Virus record (IMG/VR): IMGVR_UViG_3300027730_000821
Span: 1 to 64,000 of that record
DNA length: 64,000 bases
Strand: one strand, 5' to 3'
Origin: an uncultured virus (IMG/VR IMGVR_UViG_3300027730_000821)
Taxonomy: Duplodnaviria > Heunggongvirae > Uroviricota > Caudoviricetes
This document shows positions 20,886 through 30,627 of this stretch, in pieces; within the stretch, counting starts at the first letter, position 1; each line of letters opens with the position of its first letter. Position numbers and translations under genes: made by a program. The notes beneath the pieces are model-generated. The model was not told the origin of the DNA. It worked only from the letters and a program-made list of their open reading frames with translations, and searched no databases.

Positions 20886-21314
20886 GTGCGGAACCTCATC
20901 AACCTCTTAGAAGCAGTTGAGAAAGGTTGCCCCCGTGCCACCCATGATATCGATTTAAATCTTAAGAATCGTCAAGTTGCGATTGATGAATACTTGTACG
21001 GGCCGGCTAATCCAAATAAGCCCGGCTCCTACTGGAAAGACTTGAGTAAAGTATTTAAAGTAGATGAATCTACAGCTAAGTCAATGATGTGTGGAAACTG
21101 TGCAGCATTTGATGTTAGTGATAGTATGCGTGACTGTATAGCAAGTGGCATCAAAGGTGACGAAGATAATATTGATCCTAATGCTACTATCAATTTAAGT
21201 GATTTGGGATATTGCAACTTCTTACACTTCAAGTGTGCAGGAAGTCGTAGTTGCAAAGCATGGGTAACTGGCGGCCCAATCACTGAAAAAGATAAGAACA
21301 GGAAGGCTGATTGA
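20886..21314 (+). CDS. Cys-rich hypothetical protein
   Basis: 'MRNLINLLE' leader; CGNC, GYC...C...C motifs. Confidence 0.6.
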   Translation: MRNLINLLEAVEKGCPRATHDIDLNLKNRQVAIDEYLYGPANPNKPGSYWKDLSKVFKVDESTAKSMMCGNCAAFDVSDSMRDCIASGIKGDEDNIDPNATINLSDLGYCNFLHFKCAGSRSCKAWVTGGPITEKDKNRKAD

Positions 21315-21315
21315 T

Positions 21316-23832
21316 ATGAAGCGATATATCGATCATCTTGCGAACCAAATCGGAAAGATTATCGTCGTCAAGACAGGTGACGAGTTCGATGAGGTCACGA
21401 CCTATTATATGCAGACCTTCGACGGCTGGCGCCGTCTTGAATACCGTGGCCCGCAGAAAGGCATCCCTATGTTTGCCCTCACCGGTGATGTTGAGAAGAA
21501 TCTTGATTTGCAGAAACACACCCCGATGGTTGGGCCGCTCGTAGCAGGAGAGAAGATCAAAACGCCGATTCAAGTCTTTGCGGCGGCCGATGGCTCACAG
21601 TTCCGAACAGCTTCTGGGAAGTCGTTCTACAAGAAAGGCGACCGTATCGAGTTCGAGGGTAAACTCTATGGCATCGAAGGCATTTCACCTGATACGGTGT
21701 ATGTTGGGAAACCAACAACAGGATCAAGTAACATGAGCAGCATCCTGAAGGGCATCGTTGATGAAGGAGATGTGATACAGGGCCCATGGAAGAACCCTGT
21801 CGCCACTCAAAAAACCAATGCTGCTAAATTAGCATCACAGTTTTTATCAAGTGAATATGCTCCGAATGATTTAGAAGATGAAGACATTGAAGACGTAGCA
21901 GAATATATTGTAGAGTTCTTGCTGAAGTACCATGAAGAACTTACAGACACTATGGATATAGACGACATAGACATCCTCGCTAAGAGAATAAGTCATGAAG
22001 CTTTCATTCAATCAGACTTGCTAGACGAAGCACTGGAAGAGAACCTTCACAAATGGTTCAAAGAGAAGTGGGTTCGCTTCGGACCCGATGGCAAGATTCG
22101 AGGAGCTTGTGCAAGAGGCAGTGACAGTGAAGGTAAGCCGAAGTGCCTCCCGCAGAAGAAAGCACAGAATTTAGGAAAGAAGGGTCGTAAGTATGCAGCT
22201 TCAAAGAAGCGCAGAGAAGACCCAAATCCAGAACGTACAGGAAAGGCTAAAAACGTGGCTACTAAAAAGAAAACTAACGAAGAACAACTAGACGAACTCA
22301 AGTGCTGGTCGGGTTATACAAGAGTTCAAGGTGTTCCGGCAGGTGCTCCGGGTAGTTGCAAAAAGAAAACTAATGAAGAACTTGGTGAGAAATGCCCTCA
22401 CTGCGGCGGCGAGCTAGTCAGTGAAGAAATGATGAACGAAAAGCAGGATGCTTGCTATCACAAAGTCAAGTCTCGCTATAAAGTATGGCCAAGTGCATAT
22501 GCATCAGGTGCTTTAGTGCAGTGCCGTAAGAAGGGTGCAAGTAACTGGGGAACTGGCGGAAAGAAAAAGAACGAAAGCTCTATCATGAAGGGTATTGTCG
22601 GTGAGCATGTTCCCAATGAAAGTATTGAAGAAGAATGGACTCATGAGTATAGCCCAGGGAACACTTCACATTGGTCTGGCTCAGTAAATACAGGTAAGTA
22701 CACACATAACGGACAAGTGGTAGCCATATATAAGGGTTTTGAACATCCTAATACAGGTAGTCAGTCCCACATTAAAGTTAAGTTTTTACCAACCGGCAAA
22801 GTTAGGCAATTCAGTAATACTAGGTCTGGCTTCAAAGAAGCTGAAAATTGGATTCTGTCAGACTGGCGCCTGCAGGGCTCGGCCGCAGATCAAACAGGAA
22901 ACATGTTTGAAGCACTTAGACCAGAACAAAGAGCCAAAGAGATAAAGAAGATTGTTAGTTTCATCGTGAGTTATATCGGGGATGACCCGAGTGATTCTGC
23001 TATTGCTGATGCTGCCAAATACGAGGCAGATCGAAGCAAAGCCGAATACGATGCAAAACGAAGCGACGGCTTTCTTAGTTCTGATGACATTTTTGAACCA
23101 TTGTGGAAACACTTCAGGGAACCGACACTAGAAGCATCTAGCCCAGCACAACAAGCTGCTATTGCCATCAATATGAAGAAGAAAGGCCAGAAGCCAAAGA
23201 ACGACGTACAGGAAGATTACACCGGAATGTATGCAGCAGAAAAGACTCCGAAGATTAATCCATACGGTGGACGGCCGGATCGTCAGTTCAGGGGTGCTAT
23301 CAGTGAGATAAGTGATACTCAGACAACTGCTAATCAAACCGGCGGAATCATCACCCCGAAACACGATGAAGCTTATGCAACATTAAAAAGAGCAGCACCG
23401 AAGTTATACCAATATATTCGATATGACGCAGCCGTTCCTCTTGATCCAATTCTTACTTTGCAGGCTCTGCGCTACGCGCGGGGGAACGAGGAAGCAGTAT
23501 TACAAGTAATGAAACAAGGATTAGCACAAGATACTTTAGCAATGTATGGCGATAAGCATCCCGATGCAGTGCCTGAAAGTATGAATCGTTTCTGGAAGAA
23601 AGTTTTAACAGAGATGCCGAACACTTCAGGTCCGATCGGGACGCAGCCCGGTGGTTGGCGTACATATAAAGCAAAGCCAGCCGGCGAGATCGAAGAAGAC
23701 ACTGCATACGCAGGTGGCATGGGGCAAGGCGGTGCCGCCGGACAATCATATCGCAAATTCACGCCAAAGATGGCCGGAGTCATTAAGAAAGAAAGCTCCA
23801 TCATGAAGGGCCTCAGAAAAGAAGGAAGATAA
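21316..23832 (+). CDS. Modular polyprotein-like putative head protein
   Basis: Short modules ('KWFKEKWV', 'KCWSGY', 'DACYHKVKSRYKVWPSAYASG') and three SSI(L/M)KG repeats. Confidence 0.55.
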   Translation: MKRYIDHLANQIGKIIVVKTGDEFDEVTTYYMQTFDGWRRLEYRGPQKGIPMFALTGDVEKNLDLQKHTPMVGPLVAGEKIKTPIQVFAAADGSQFRTASGKSFYKKGDRIEFEGKLYGIEGISPDTVYVGKPTTGSSNMSSILKGIVDEGDVIQGPWKNPVATQKTNAAKLASQFLSSEYAPNDLEDEDIEDVAEYIVEFLLKYHEELTDTMDIDDIDILAKRISHEAFIQSDLLDEALEENLHKWFKEKWVRFGPDGKIRGACARGSDSEGKPKCLPQKKAQNLGKKGRKYAASKKRREDPNPERTGKAKNVATKKKTNEEQLDELKCWSGYTRVQGVPAGAPGSCKKKTNEELGEKCPHCGGELVSEEMMNEKQDACYHKVKSRYKVWPSAYASGALVQCRKKGASNWGTGGKKKNESSIMKGIVGEHVPNESIEEEWTHEYSPGNTSHWSGSVNTGKYTHNGQVVAIYKGFEHPNTGSQSHIKVKFLPTGKVRQFSNTRSGFKEAENWILSDWRLQGSAADQTGNMFEALRPEQRAKEIKKIVSFIVSYIGDDPSDSAIADAAKYEADRSKAEYDAKRSDGFLSSDDIFEPLWKHFREPTLEASSPAQQAAIAINMKKKGQKPKNDVQEDYTGMYAAEKTPKINPYGGRPDRQFRGAISEISDTQTTANQTGGIITPKHDEAYATLKRAAPKLYQYIRYDAAVPLDPILTLQALRYARGNEEAVLQVMKQGLAQDTLAMYGDKHPDAVPESMNRFWKKVLTEMPNTSGPIGTQPGGWRTYKAKPAGEIEEDTAYAGGMGQGGAAGQSYRKFTPKMAGVIKKESSIMKGLRKEGR

Positions 23833-23833
23833 A

Positions 23834-26092
23834 ATGGCCTTCAATGATATTAGTGCTTTTATTGAAAAAATGAAGATGTTAGAATCTACTGATACCATCG
23901 CGGAAGAACCAACAGAGCCTGTACCTTGCGTACATCCCCTAGTGCTTGCGATGCGTGAACTTCAATCAGAAGGTATTGTCGAGTCGTATCACACTGATAG
24001 TCTTGCGTTAACTGAGATTACAGAGGACGACGAGATTGACGAAGAAATTGCTTATCATGGTTCGATAGATGATATCACTGCGTTTCGACCACGCACTCAC
24101 TTTGGCACCGAGCAAGCTGCTAATGATAGAATGACGTATAAGAAATATACAGAAAATACTGTGGTTGAAGCAAGCCCCAATACGGTAGAGGGTAGCTTTA
24201 CCCCAGACTTAGTTGAAAGTAAAACATGGCTATGTGATATCTTAGCTAAAGGACTTAAGGGTAAAAATGCAGGCACCATATATGCATTGGGTAGTTGGTA
24301 TGGTAATATAGGAATCTTTCTTGAACAAGCTAATGTTAAGTTTGATAAACTTGTATTAGTTGAGCCAAACAAAGAATGGCTACAGCACAGTAAAAAATTA
24401 CTAAAGACATTGAATGATGAGGGAAAATTAGTATTACTTAATCAAAAAGCAGAAGACGTAGTATTTAAGAAGCCCGGAATAATAATCAATACAAGTTGCA
24501 ATGAGACAGGTCCGATATTTCTCACTAAAATACCTAAGGGTATGCTCTGTGCATTTCAAGCAAGAAACAACGTAGATGATGTATTGATTAGTACCGACGA
24601 CTTGCAAGAATTTGATGAACTGTTTCCCCTAGAAAAAACTTATTATACTGGTGAAAAAGAACTAACCGATCCTGAAACAAATTATGCTCGTTTTATGAAA
24701 ATCGGTAGAGCAGGGACTGAGCTATCCGAGACTGCAAGCACCGGTCAAGGTGGAGGTTCTGCAGGCATCAGCGGCGGACAGATGGTAGGTGGTCCTACTA
24801 CATATGAGCAAGAATACGGCATGTTCAAGCGCAAAGGGCCTCGTAGAATCACTGCGATGACTAATGAAGATACGAGTGACCAGACTATCACCTTAAATCA
24901 AATTTACAAGAATAACAAGCCAGATAACGACGAGAGAATCTGGGATTACGGCACGGGTATCTGGGACACCCCATTTGAAGTAGGAACAATAGGCCCTAGA
25001 AAGCTAGACTTGTTTTTGTGCGAGCAGTATGGAGTAGAGTTTATTGAAGACTTGTTTGGAAGATTGAGCGAAGAACAACACGAGATTGTTGATGAATACA
25101 TCAACGATCCAAATCTTTCAAATAGAATTATTGTACTAGACAACGGTTATATTGTTGATGGCAATCATCGTGCTATCGCAGCCGCACTAACTAAAAGACC
25201 TATCAAGTACATCGATATAGGTGAGGAAGAGCTAATCGAAGCAACATCAGCAAGACTCAAGGACCTATGCACGGTAAAGACTAATTTCCCTGATGCTGAC
25301 TTTTGGCTACAACGCAATGGTAGTGAATCTACAGTTGGCACACCAACTAAAACCTTTTCACCAGACAATATCGGAATCAAAGTCACTGCTACTGATGTAC
25401 TAGATCCTACGTATCTATACTACATGATGATGCATATTCATAATACTGGTTACTGGGAAGCAAGAGCAACGGGTACATTAAGATTGGTTCACATCAAAGC
25501 AAGTGATGTTGCTAATATGTCGGTTGGCAGTAACTCAGTAGAAGAAAGTACCGATCTACTGTTATCAGGAACACATCAACAAAAGCATGGTCGTCTCAAG
25601 AGTAAAGGGCCCGAACACCTCACTGCGATGACAAATGAATCACTAGACTCTAAACCATACAAATATGATTTTTACCAAATTGGAAATAATTACATAGCTA
25701 CTTTCGTGACTGCTAATAATATTGAATATGAGACTATTATAAGGCTATTGGGTATGACTAACACACAGGCCGCACTGACCGCCGACGGCGAGCCTATTGA
25801 GGTATCATTTCGTATCGATGATAAAAATGGAAAACCTAAAACCGGAATCGAAAATACAGGTGATGCGCGTAGAGTCTTTGCCACCGTCATCGATATTGTC
25901 AAAAAGTATACCATCATGCATGAACCTATAGAAATACATTTTTTCGCTGAAGAACCTAGTAGAGTTAAGTTATATGACGCATTCATTGCCCGATTAGACA
26001 GAGGACTGCCTGAATATGAGCTTGTTGATTCCTGGAAAAGGGGAGCGACTGGCAAGCACTACATGTTGCAACTGAAGACATTTAAGAAATAA
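23834..26092 (+). CDS. Polyprotein-like protein with Rossmann/methyltransferase-like, ParB-like and HsdS-TRD-like modules
   Basis: 'YALGSWYGN'; 'IVDGNHRAIAA'; 'RLKDLCTVKT...LDPTYLYYMM...ATGTLRLVHIKASDVANM'. Confidence 0.55.
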   Translation: MAFNDISAFIEKMKMLESTDTIAEEPTEPVPCVHPLVLAMRELQSEGIVESYHTDSLALTEITEDDEIDEEIAYHGSIDDITAFRPRTHFGTEQAANDRMTYKKYTENTVVEASPNTVEGSFTPDLVESKTWLCDILAKGLKGKNAGTIYALGSWYGNIGIFLEQANVKFDKLVLVEPNKEWLQHSKKLLKTLNDEGKLVLLNQKAEDVVFKKPGIIINTSCNETGPIFLTKIPKGMLCAFQARNNVDDVLISTDDLQEFDELFPLEKTYYTGEKELTDPETNYARFMKIGRAGTELSETASTGQGGGSAGISGGQMVGGPTTYEQEYGMFKRKGPRRITAMTNEDTSDQTITLNQIYKNNKPDNDERIWDYGTGIWDTPFEVGTIGPRKLDLFLCEQYGVEFIEDLFGRLSEEQHEIVDEYINDPNLSNRIIVLDNGYIVDGNHRAIAAALTKRPIKYIDIGEEELIEATSARLKDLCTVKTNFPDADFWLQRNGSESTVGTPTKTFSPDNIGIKVTATDVLDPTYLYYMMMHIHNTGYWEARATGTLRLVHIKASDVANMSVGSNSVEESTDLLLSGTHQQKHGRLKSKGPEHLTAMTNESLDSKPYKYDFYQIGNNYIATFVTANNIEYETIIRLLGMTNTQAALTADGEPIEVSFRIDDKNGKPKTGIENTGDARRVFATVIDIVKKYTIMHEPIEIHFFAEEPSRVKLYDAFIARLDRGLPEYELVDSWKRGATGKHYMLQLKTFKK

Positions 26093-26237
26093 TAATGTCA
26101 CACTTAAAAGAAGTAAACAAGGGATATTTTGAGCATCTATGTCATGCATGGAAAATTGCGATTGTTTTAATAGTGCATGGCATATTCCCTGATGTTTGGA
26201 AAACAAAAGCTAGCGATCTTCTAAACCAAAAGTAATA

Positions 26238-26843
26238 TTAGAAAATAATAATCCAATCTTTAATTGAATCTAACTTTTTGCGAAACAGACAGCGCACTTT
26301 CTTAATGTTGATTCCGTACGCAAGTGAAAATTCACCGGGGGTAAGGGTGACTTCTTCACCTGTTCCTGTATTTCTAAAATGATACTGTGTGTGGTTATAT
26401 CTGGGATTATTTTTACCCACCTTACTTCTTTTAGTAAATTTGTCAGCAAAGTCGGTGTTAAAGGACCGGCCTTTGATCCAACCAATCGGTATAGAATCAT
26501 CTTGTTGTATCTTCTTATTAGTTGCCCCGTCTGTTATCCATATAGTACCGAATGAGGGATTGCGTGGCCCGGCGTTTGATATCTTAGCTAACCTAGATTT
26601 CTCTTTCGGGGACAAACTCATTCTTTTAGACATTATAAGGCAGGCTTTAAGATCACCTTGATTCAAATGGATTTGATAATGCTCTTTAATAGAGACACAT
26701 TGTAAGTTTTCAAGCGAGTTATTATTATGGTTACCGTCAATGTGGTGTATTTCGTAACTTCTATCCTCTTCATCAAAAGGAATAGGTCCAAAATGATTCT
26801 CATAAATTAAGCGATGGTACTGAGTACCACAATAAATACACAT
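26238..26843 (-). CDS. HNH homing endonuclease
   Basis: 'EIHHIDGNHNNNSLENLQCVSIKEH'; NUMOD-like 'NPSFG', 'WITDG' motifs. Confidence 0.85.
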   Translation of the reverse strand: MCIYCGTQYHRLIYENHFGPIPFDEEDRSYEIHHIDGNHNNNSLENLQCVSIKEHYQIHLNQGDLKACLIMSKRMSLSPKEKSRLAKISNAGPRNPSFGTIWITDGATNKKIQQDDSIPIGWIKGRSFNTDFADKFTKRSKVGKNNPRYNHTQYHFRNTGTGEEVTLTPGEFSLAYGINIKKVRCLFRKKLDSIKDWIIIF

Positions 26844-26912
26844 AGCTGATGCTCCTCTATAGCATTAGAGTAGTTGGGATTGCCTAGATCCGCGAACTAC
26901 ATCTATATTTAT
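26841..26912 (-). promoter_or_regulatory. Conserved structured leader of endonuclease gene, copy 1
   Basis: Minus strand: ATAAATA..GTAGTT CGC GGAT(loop)ATCC C AACTAC TCTAA TGCT(ATAGAGG)AGCA TCAGCT ATG. Confidence 0.8.
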
Positions 26913-26946
26913 GCCATAATGATAAATACTACATAAGGATAAAGTA

Positions 26947-27387
26947 ATGTTAGTAGATGACTTAAAAACATTGTTAGGAAGCACGTTTGTCTTGTACACT
27001 AAGATACACGGTTTCCATTTCAATGTTGAAGGTAGTGATTTCCCACAATACCATGAGTTTCTAGGCTCATTCTATTCAGAGGTATATGAATCAATCGACA
27101 CGGTGGGTGAGCATATACGCTCACTAGATTCCTATACTCCAGGTAACCTGTCTCGCCTATTGGAACTTAGTATAGTACGGGAACAACATAAAATACCGCG
27201 AGCGGCTTTGATGTTTGAAGAATTGTTGAGTGATTCATCTGATATGGTTGAATTAGTGAAAACTATATTTGACGTTGCTACTGAAACCCGAGAGCAAGGG
27301 ATAGCTAACTACATGGCGGATTTACAAGACTTATATTCTAAAAAAGTATGGATGCTTAGAAGTATCCTAAAGACTGCAAGGGCATAA
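26947..27387 (+). CDS. dps: Dps / ferritin-like protein
   Basis: 'HGFHFNVEG.DF..YH.F...Y.E....D..GE.IR', C-terminal 'KKVWML'. Confidence 0.88.
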   Translation: MLVDDLKTLLGSTFVLYTKIHGFHFNVEGSDFPQYHEFLGSFYSEVYESIDTVGEHIRSLDSYTPGNLSRLLELSIVREQHKIPRAALMFEELLSDSSDMVELVKTIFDVATETREQGIANYMADLQDLYSKKVWMLRSILKTARA

Positions 27388-27389
27388 CA

Positions 27390-28409
27390 ATGAGAAGTAC
27401 AGAACTATTTAAAGAAAACATCAACATCCTCAAGCCGAGAGTGACACACAGAGTTGCGGCGAATGATCCTGCTCGTTTAGCACTGCACACTACTGTGACT
27501 AGTCTACTTGAGGAAATTCTAGATGAAGACTCAACCATCACTTCAGCCGTTCGCAAAAGTCCATACGCTGACGCACTCGTTAGGTATGTACACAAAGAGT
27601 TAGCTATGTCGCACGATATCCGATGGAGAGAAGAACAAAAAATAACCTGGGCAGACATCAAAAGTAGATCACCTAACTATGTACTCATTCAAGGTAAAGA
27701 TGGTACCGGTGCGATAAAGTGGGATGGTTCTCGTTGGGTAGTCGTGCTATCTAGTAAAGAGGGCATAACAAAATTTAGTGACGGTAGTATTAATGTCTTA
27801 TTTAGGCAAATCAAAGAAACTATCGGCCAAATCAGAAACTACTGGTCTGCTATTAATGCCGGTCAATTAGCCTGGGGTCGCGGGGCATCTACACATACAA
27901 CAGGACCTGTAGACAGATTACGCGCGGACCGTAGAGTGGCCAGAAAAATTACGAAACCAAACACATTAGACCCAAACGCACCCCAGTCACAGAATATGCA
28001 AGCAGTATTATATAAATTACGTCCTCTCTACATAAAATATATAGATAAAGCAATCGCTGACATTAAAGGTGTCACTGGTACGGCATTAAAGAACGATTCT
28101 TTCCAGAAAGTAAAACAGAAGTTAGAGATCCTAAATAATTTACAAAATATAAAACAAGAATTAATCAACGATCCAAAAGATGTCCCCGCTAAAATAAAAG
28201 ACAGATTAAAACCCGCATTGTATCTGACAGCAAGTCATTTTTATCCAGATGAAACAGGTAATTTTACTTTAGGGGTCGAGAGATATGGCAGAGGCGGACC
28301 ACAAAATCAAGAGGGCGTGAAAAAAGTGATTGATGATATCGCAAACGGCGATCAACAGAAACTAACAACTCTCATGAATTACCTAAAACAATCGTTGCTG
28401 CACCCATAA
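27390..28409 (+). CDS. Hypothetical (putative head-internal) protein
   Basis: 'MRSTELFKE' leader. Confidence 0.6.
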   Translation: MRSTELFKENINILKPRVTHRVAANDPARLALHTTVTSLLEEILDEDSTITSAVRKSPYADALVRYVHKELAMSHDIRWREEQKITWADIKSRSPNYVLIQGKDGTGAIKWDGSRWVVVLSSKEGITKFSDGSINVLFRQIKETIGQIRNYWSAINAGQLAWGRGASTHTTGPVDRLRADRRVARKITKPNTLDPNAPQSQNMQAVLYKLRPLYIKYIDKAIADIKGVTGTALKNDSFQKVKQKLEILNNLQNIKQELINDPKDVPAKIKDRLKPALYLTASHFYPDETGNFTLGVERYGRGGPQNQEGVKKVIDDIANGDQQKLTTLMNYLKQSLLHP

Positions 28410-28420
28410 AAAGGCTAGAC

Positions 28421-29428
28421 ATGAAACAACTATCAAGAACTAAATTATCAGAAGCCAATCCAGGGGAGAAGGTCCTCAGAGATCCCAAGATGGCAAAAAT
28501 GCTAGCAATTGCTGTTAAGCATGATCATACCATTCCTGGACCTATGCTAGCAAGATTGGGACCCAAAGCAAGCGACGAAGATGTAGTTAAAATGTGGAGT
28601 GATCTGATCGATAGAACTCTATCAAACACTAACTACGGTGACTTGTCTAGAGATGGTAAATTTGATAGTTGGCTAACAAAGTTGTACATCAATCACATTA
28701 ACGACTATGAAGACATTAACGGCGAAGGCGGTGACGCATTAGGTGCGTGGAAAGCATTGAGTGTTCGCAACTTACTTGATCCTGTAGATCAAGACTTCAA
28801 TCGTTTTACATCTATTGCACAACTGCAAAGTGTAGTTCGCAAAGAAAAGTATGGTGCAGCATTAAGAAAAATTGCCGATGCTGAAAAGTTGGCATCTATG
28901 AAGAAAAATTCTAAACAAATCGTTCTTATTGATGATGACAGATATTATGTTATTGTTCCGTTGAACTATGGTTCTTGCTATATCTTTAATAATGCAGAAG
29001 GTGCTCAAGGACAGTTCTGCACAGGAAGCAGCAGCGGCTTAACTTGGTTCGAACGTTATTCAAGAGATGGCCCTATCGTTAGTATCGTTGATAAAAAGAA
29101 CATGGATGATAAAAACGGCAAGTGGCAGATGCACACTTCAACTCGTCAATTAAAGAATGCTACACAAGATTATAACGTGGGCGAAGATCAATTCGCTGAT
29201 TTGTTTCCTGGCTTGATGAAGAAAATCGCCGATGCATTATCGTCACGTTCAGAAGAATTAAAGAATGCATCTGAACAAATGGGTACACGGGGCGGTTGGA
29301 ATATTCCTGAAGAAATTGAAAGAATTAAAAGGATGTATCCAACTGCATACAACTCTACTACGGAAAATACTGCTAGTCAAGAAGAGATGAATCATCTATT
29401 TGGACGTCCTGATCAAGCACAGCGATGA
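28421..29428 (+). CDS. Hypothetical protein (PcfJ-like 'FCT..S...F.RY' motif)
   Basis: 'YVIVPLNYGS...QFCTGSSSG..WFERYSRDGP...KWQMH'. Confidence 0.55.
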   Translation: MKQLSRTKLSEANPGEKVLRDPKMAKMLAIAVKHDHTIPGPMLARLGPKASDEDVVKMWSDLIDRTLSNTNYGDLSRDGKFDSWLTKLYINHINDYEDINGEGGDALGAWKALSVRNLLDPVDQDFNRFTSIAQLQSVVRKEKYGAALRKIADAEKLASMKKNSKQIVLIDDDRYYVIVPLNYGSCYIFNNAEGAQGQFCTGSSSGLTWFERYSRDGPIVSIVDKKNMDDKNGKWQMHTSTRQLKNATQDYNVGEDQFADLFPGLMKKIADALSSRSEELKNASEQMGTRGGWNIPEEIERIKRMYPTAYNSTTENTASQEEMNHLFGRPDQAQR

Positions 29429-30624
29429 GAGCGTTTGAATTTATAACTGAAGGAAGGCCTCCCTTTAGCCCAACACCTGAACAACAACAAGAGATTGCTG
29501 ACCTGTATGCGTCAGGGTTTAGCAGGGCTGATATCGCTAAGGAATATAAAATTACTCCACAAACAATGGGACTTTTCCTACATCGTTCTAGAAAACTTGG
29601 TGAAACACAATCGTTGACAAAACGCGGTACCAATAAGCCAGGTAGTAAAGGCATTCACGCTATCAGAAGAACCGGCAGCCCTAGCGGAAGTGTGTTTGAA
29701 GGTGAAATTATGAGATTACATGAATTTATATATGAAGAAGTAGGTAGAGTACTTGATCTCACTAAGAACTATCCGCATTATTCCATCCTTAAAGGTAAGA
29801 TACTTGATATCTCACCTAAAGGAAAGTACAAGATACAAATCGTTAACGCTGAGATAATTCCTGGTAAGAAAGTATCAGTAAAAGTCGGTGACACGGTCGT
29901 CATCGGTGCAAATTTTCTCAAACAGGCATTAAAAGAATCAGAGTTAGAAGAAGGTTGGAAGGGCGCGGCCAAGGGTCTTGCGGCTGCTGGTGCTCTAGCT
30001 TTAGCTGGTCACACTTTTCTTCCTGACCCAAATAAACCTGCTCCTACTCCTCGACCAATCAGCAAACAACTACCAAAAGTTGACTCAGAAATAACACAAC
30101 GAGTTAATGCACTTATCAATAATCCAATAGCGAAGGCACTTAGGAGAGAAGCTGCTATTGCCGGAATCGAGGGCGCAGAGTTAGCACAACTTATCGCACA
30201 ATGTGCCCATGAAACTCAAAACTTTACTTCACTAAAGGAGTTTGGTGGCCCCACTTATTTTAGAAAATACGACATACAACATGATCCGCAGAAAGCCAAG
30301 ATGCTCGGGAATACTGAACCAGGTGACGGCGCCCGCTATCGTGGGCGCGGATACATTCAATTGACCGGTCGTTACAATTATAGGAAAGCAGGCGAAGCAT
30401 TAGGTCTCCCGCTAGAAGATCAACCCGAACTGTTAGAACGTCCTGACATCGCAGCTAAAGCAACACTATGGTATTGGCAGACTAGAGTACAACCTAAAGT
30501 TAGTAATTTTAAAGATACTCGTGAAGTCACTAAACCAATCAATTCAGGCTTGAGGGGATTATCCGATCGGGAAGAGAAATTTAATGCCATCATGCAATTT
30601 TATAATCAACCTGCATCTGGATAA
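29425..30624 (+). CDS. Fusion protein: N-terminal HTH plus C-terminal GH19 (chitinase-like peptidoglycan hydrolase)
   Basis: 'GFSRADIAKEYKIT' HTH; 'AQCAHET', 'YRGRGYIQLTGRYNY' GH19 motifs. Confidence 0.8.
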   Translation: MRAFEFITEGRPPFSPTPEQQQEIADLYASGFSRADIAKEYKITPQTMGLFLHRSRKLGETQSLTKRGTNKPGSKGIHAIRRTGSPSGSVFEGEIMRLHEFIYEEVGRVLDLTKNYPHYSILKGKILDISPKGKYKIQIVNAEIIPGKKVSVKVGDTVVIGANFLKQALKESELEEGWKGAAKGLAAAGALALAGHTFLPDPNKPAPTPRPISKQLPKVDSEITQRVNALINNPIAKALRREAAIAGIEGAELAQLIAQCAHETQNFTSLKEFGGPTYFRKYDIQHDPQKAKMLGNTEPGDGARYRGRGYIQLTGRYNYRKAGEALGLPLEDQPELLERPDIAAKATLWYWQTRVQPKVSNFKDTREVTKPINSGLRGLSDREEKFNAIMQFYNQPASG

Positions 30625-30627
30625 ACA

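Noticed and set aside
26841..26912. Known self-cleaving ribozyme identity for the endonuclease leader
   Set aside because: No hammerhead CUGAnGA/GAAA core or other ribozyme consensus that I can match by eye.
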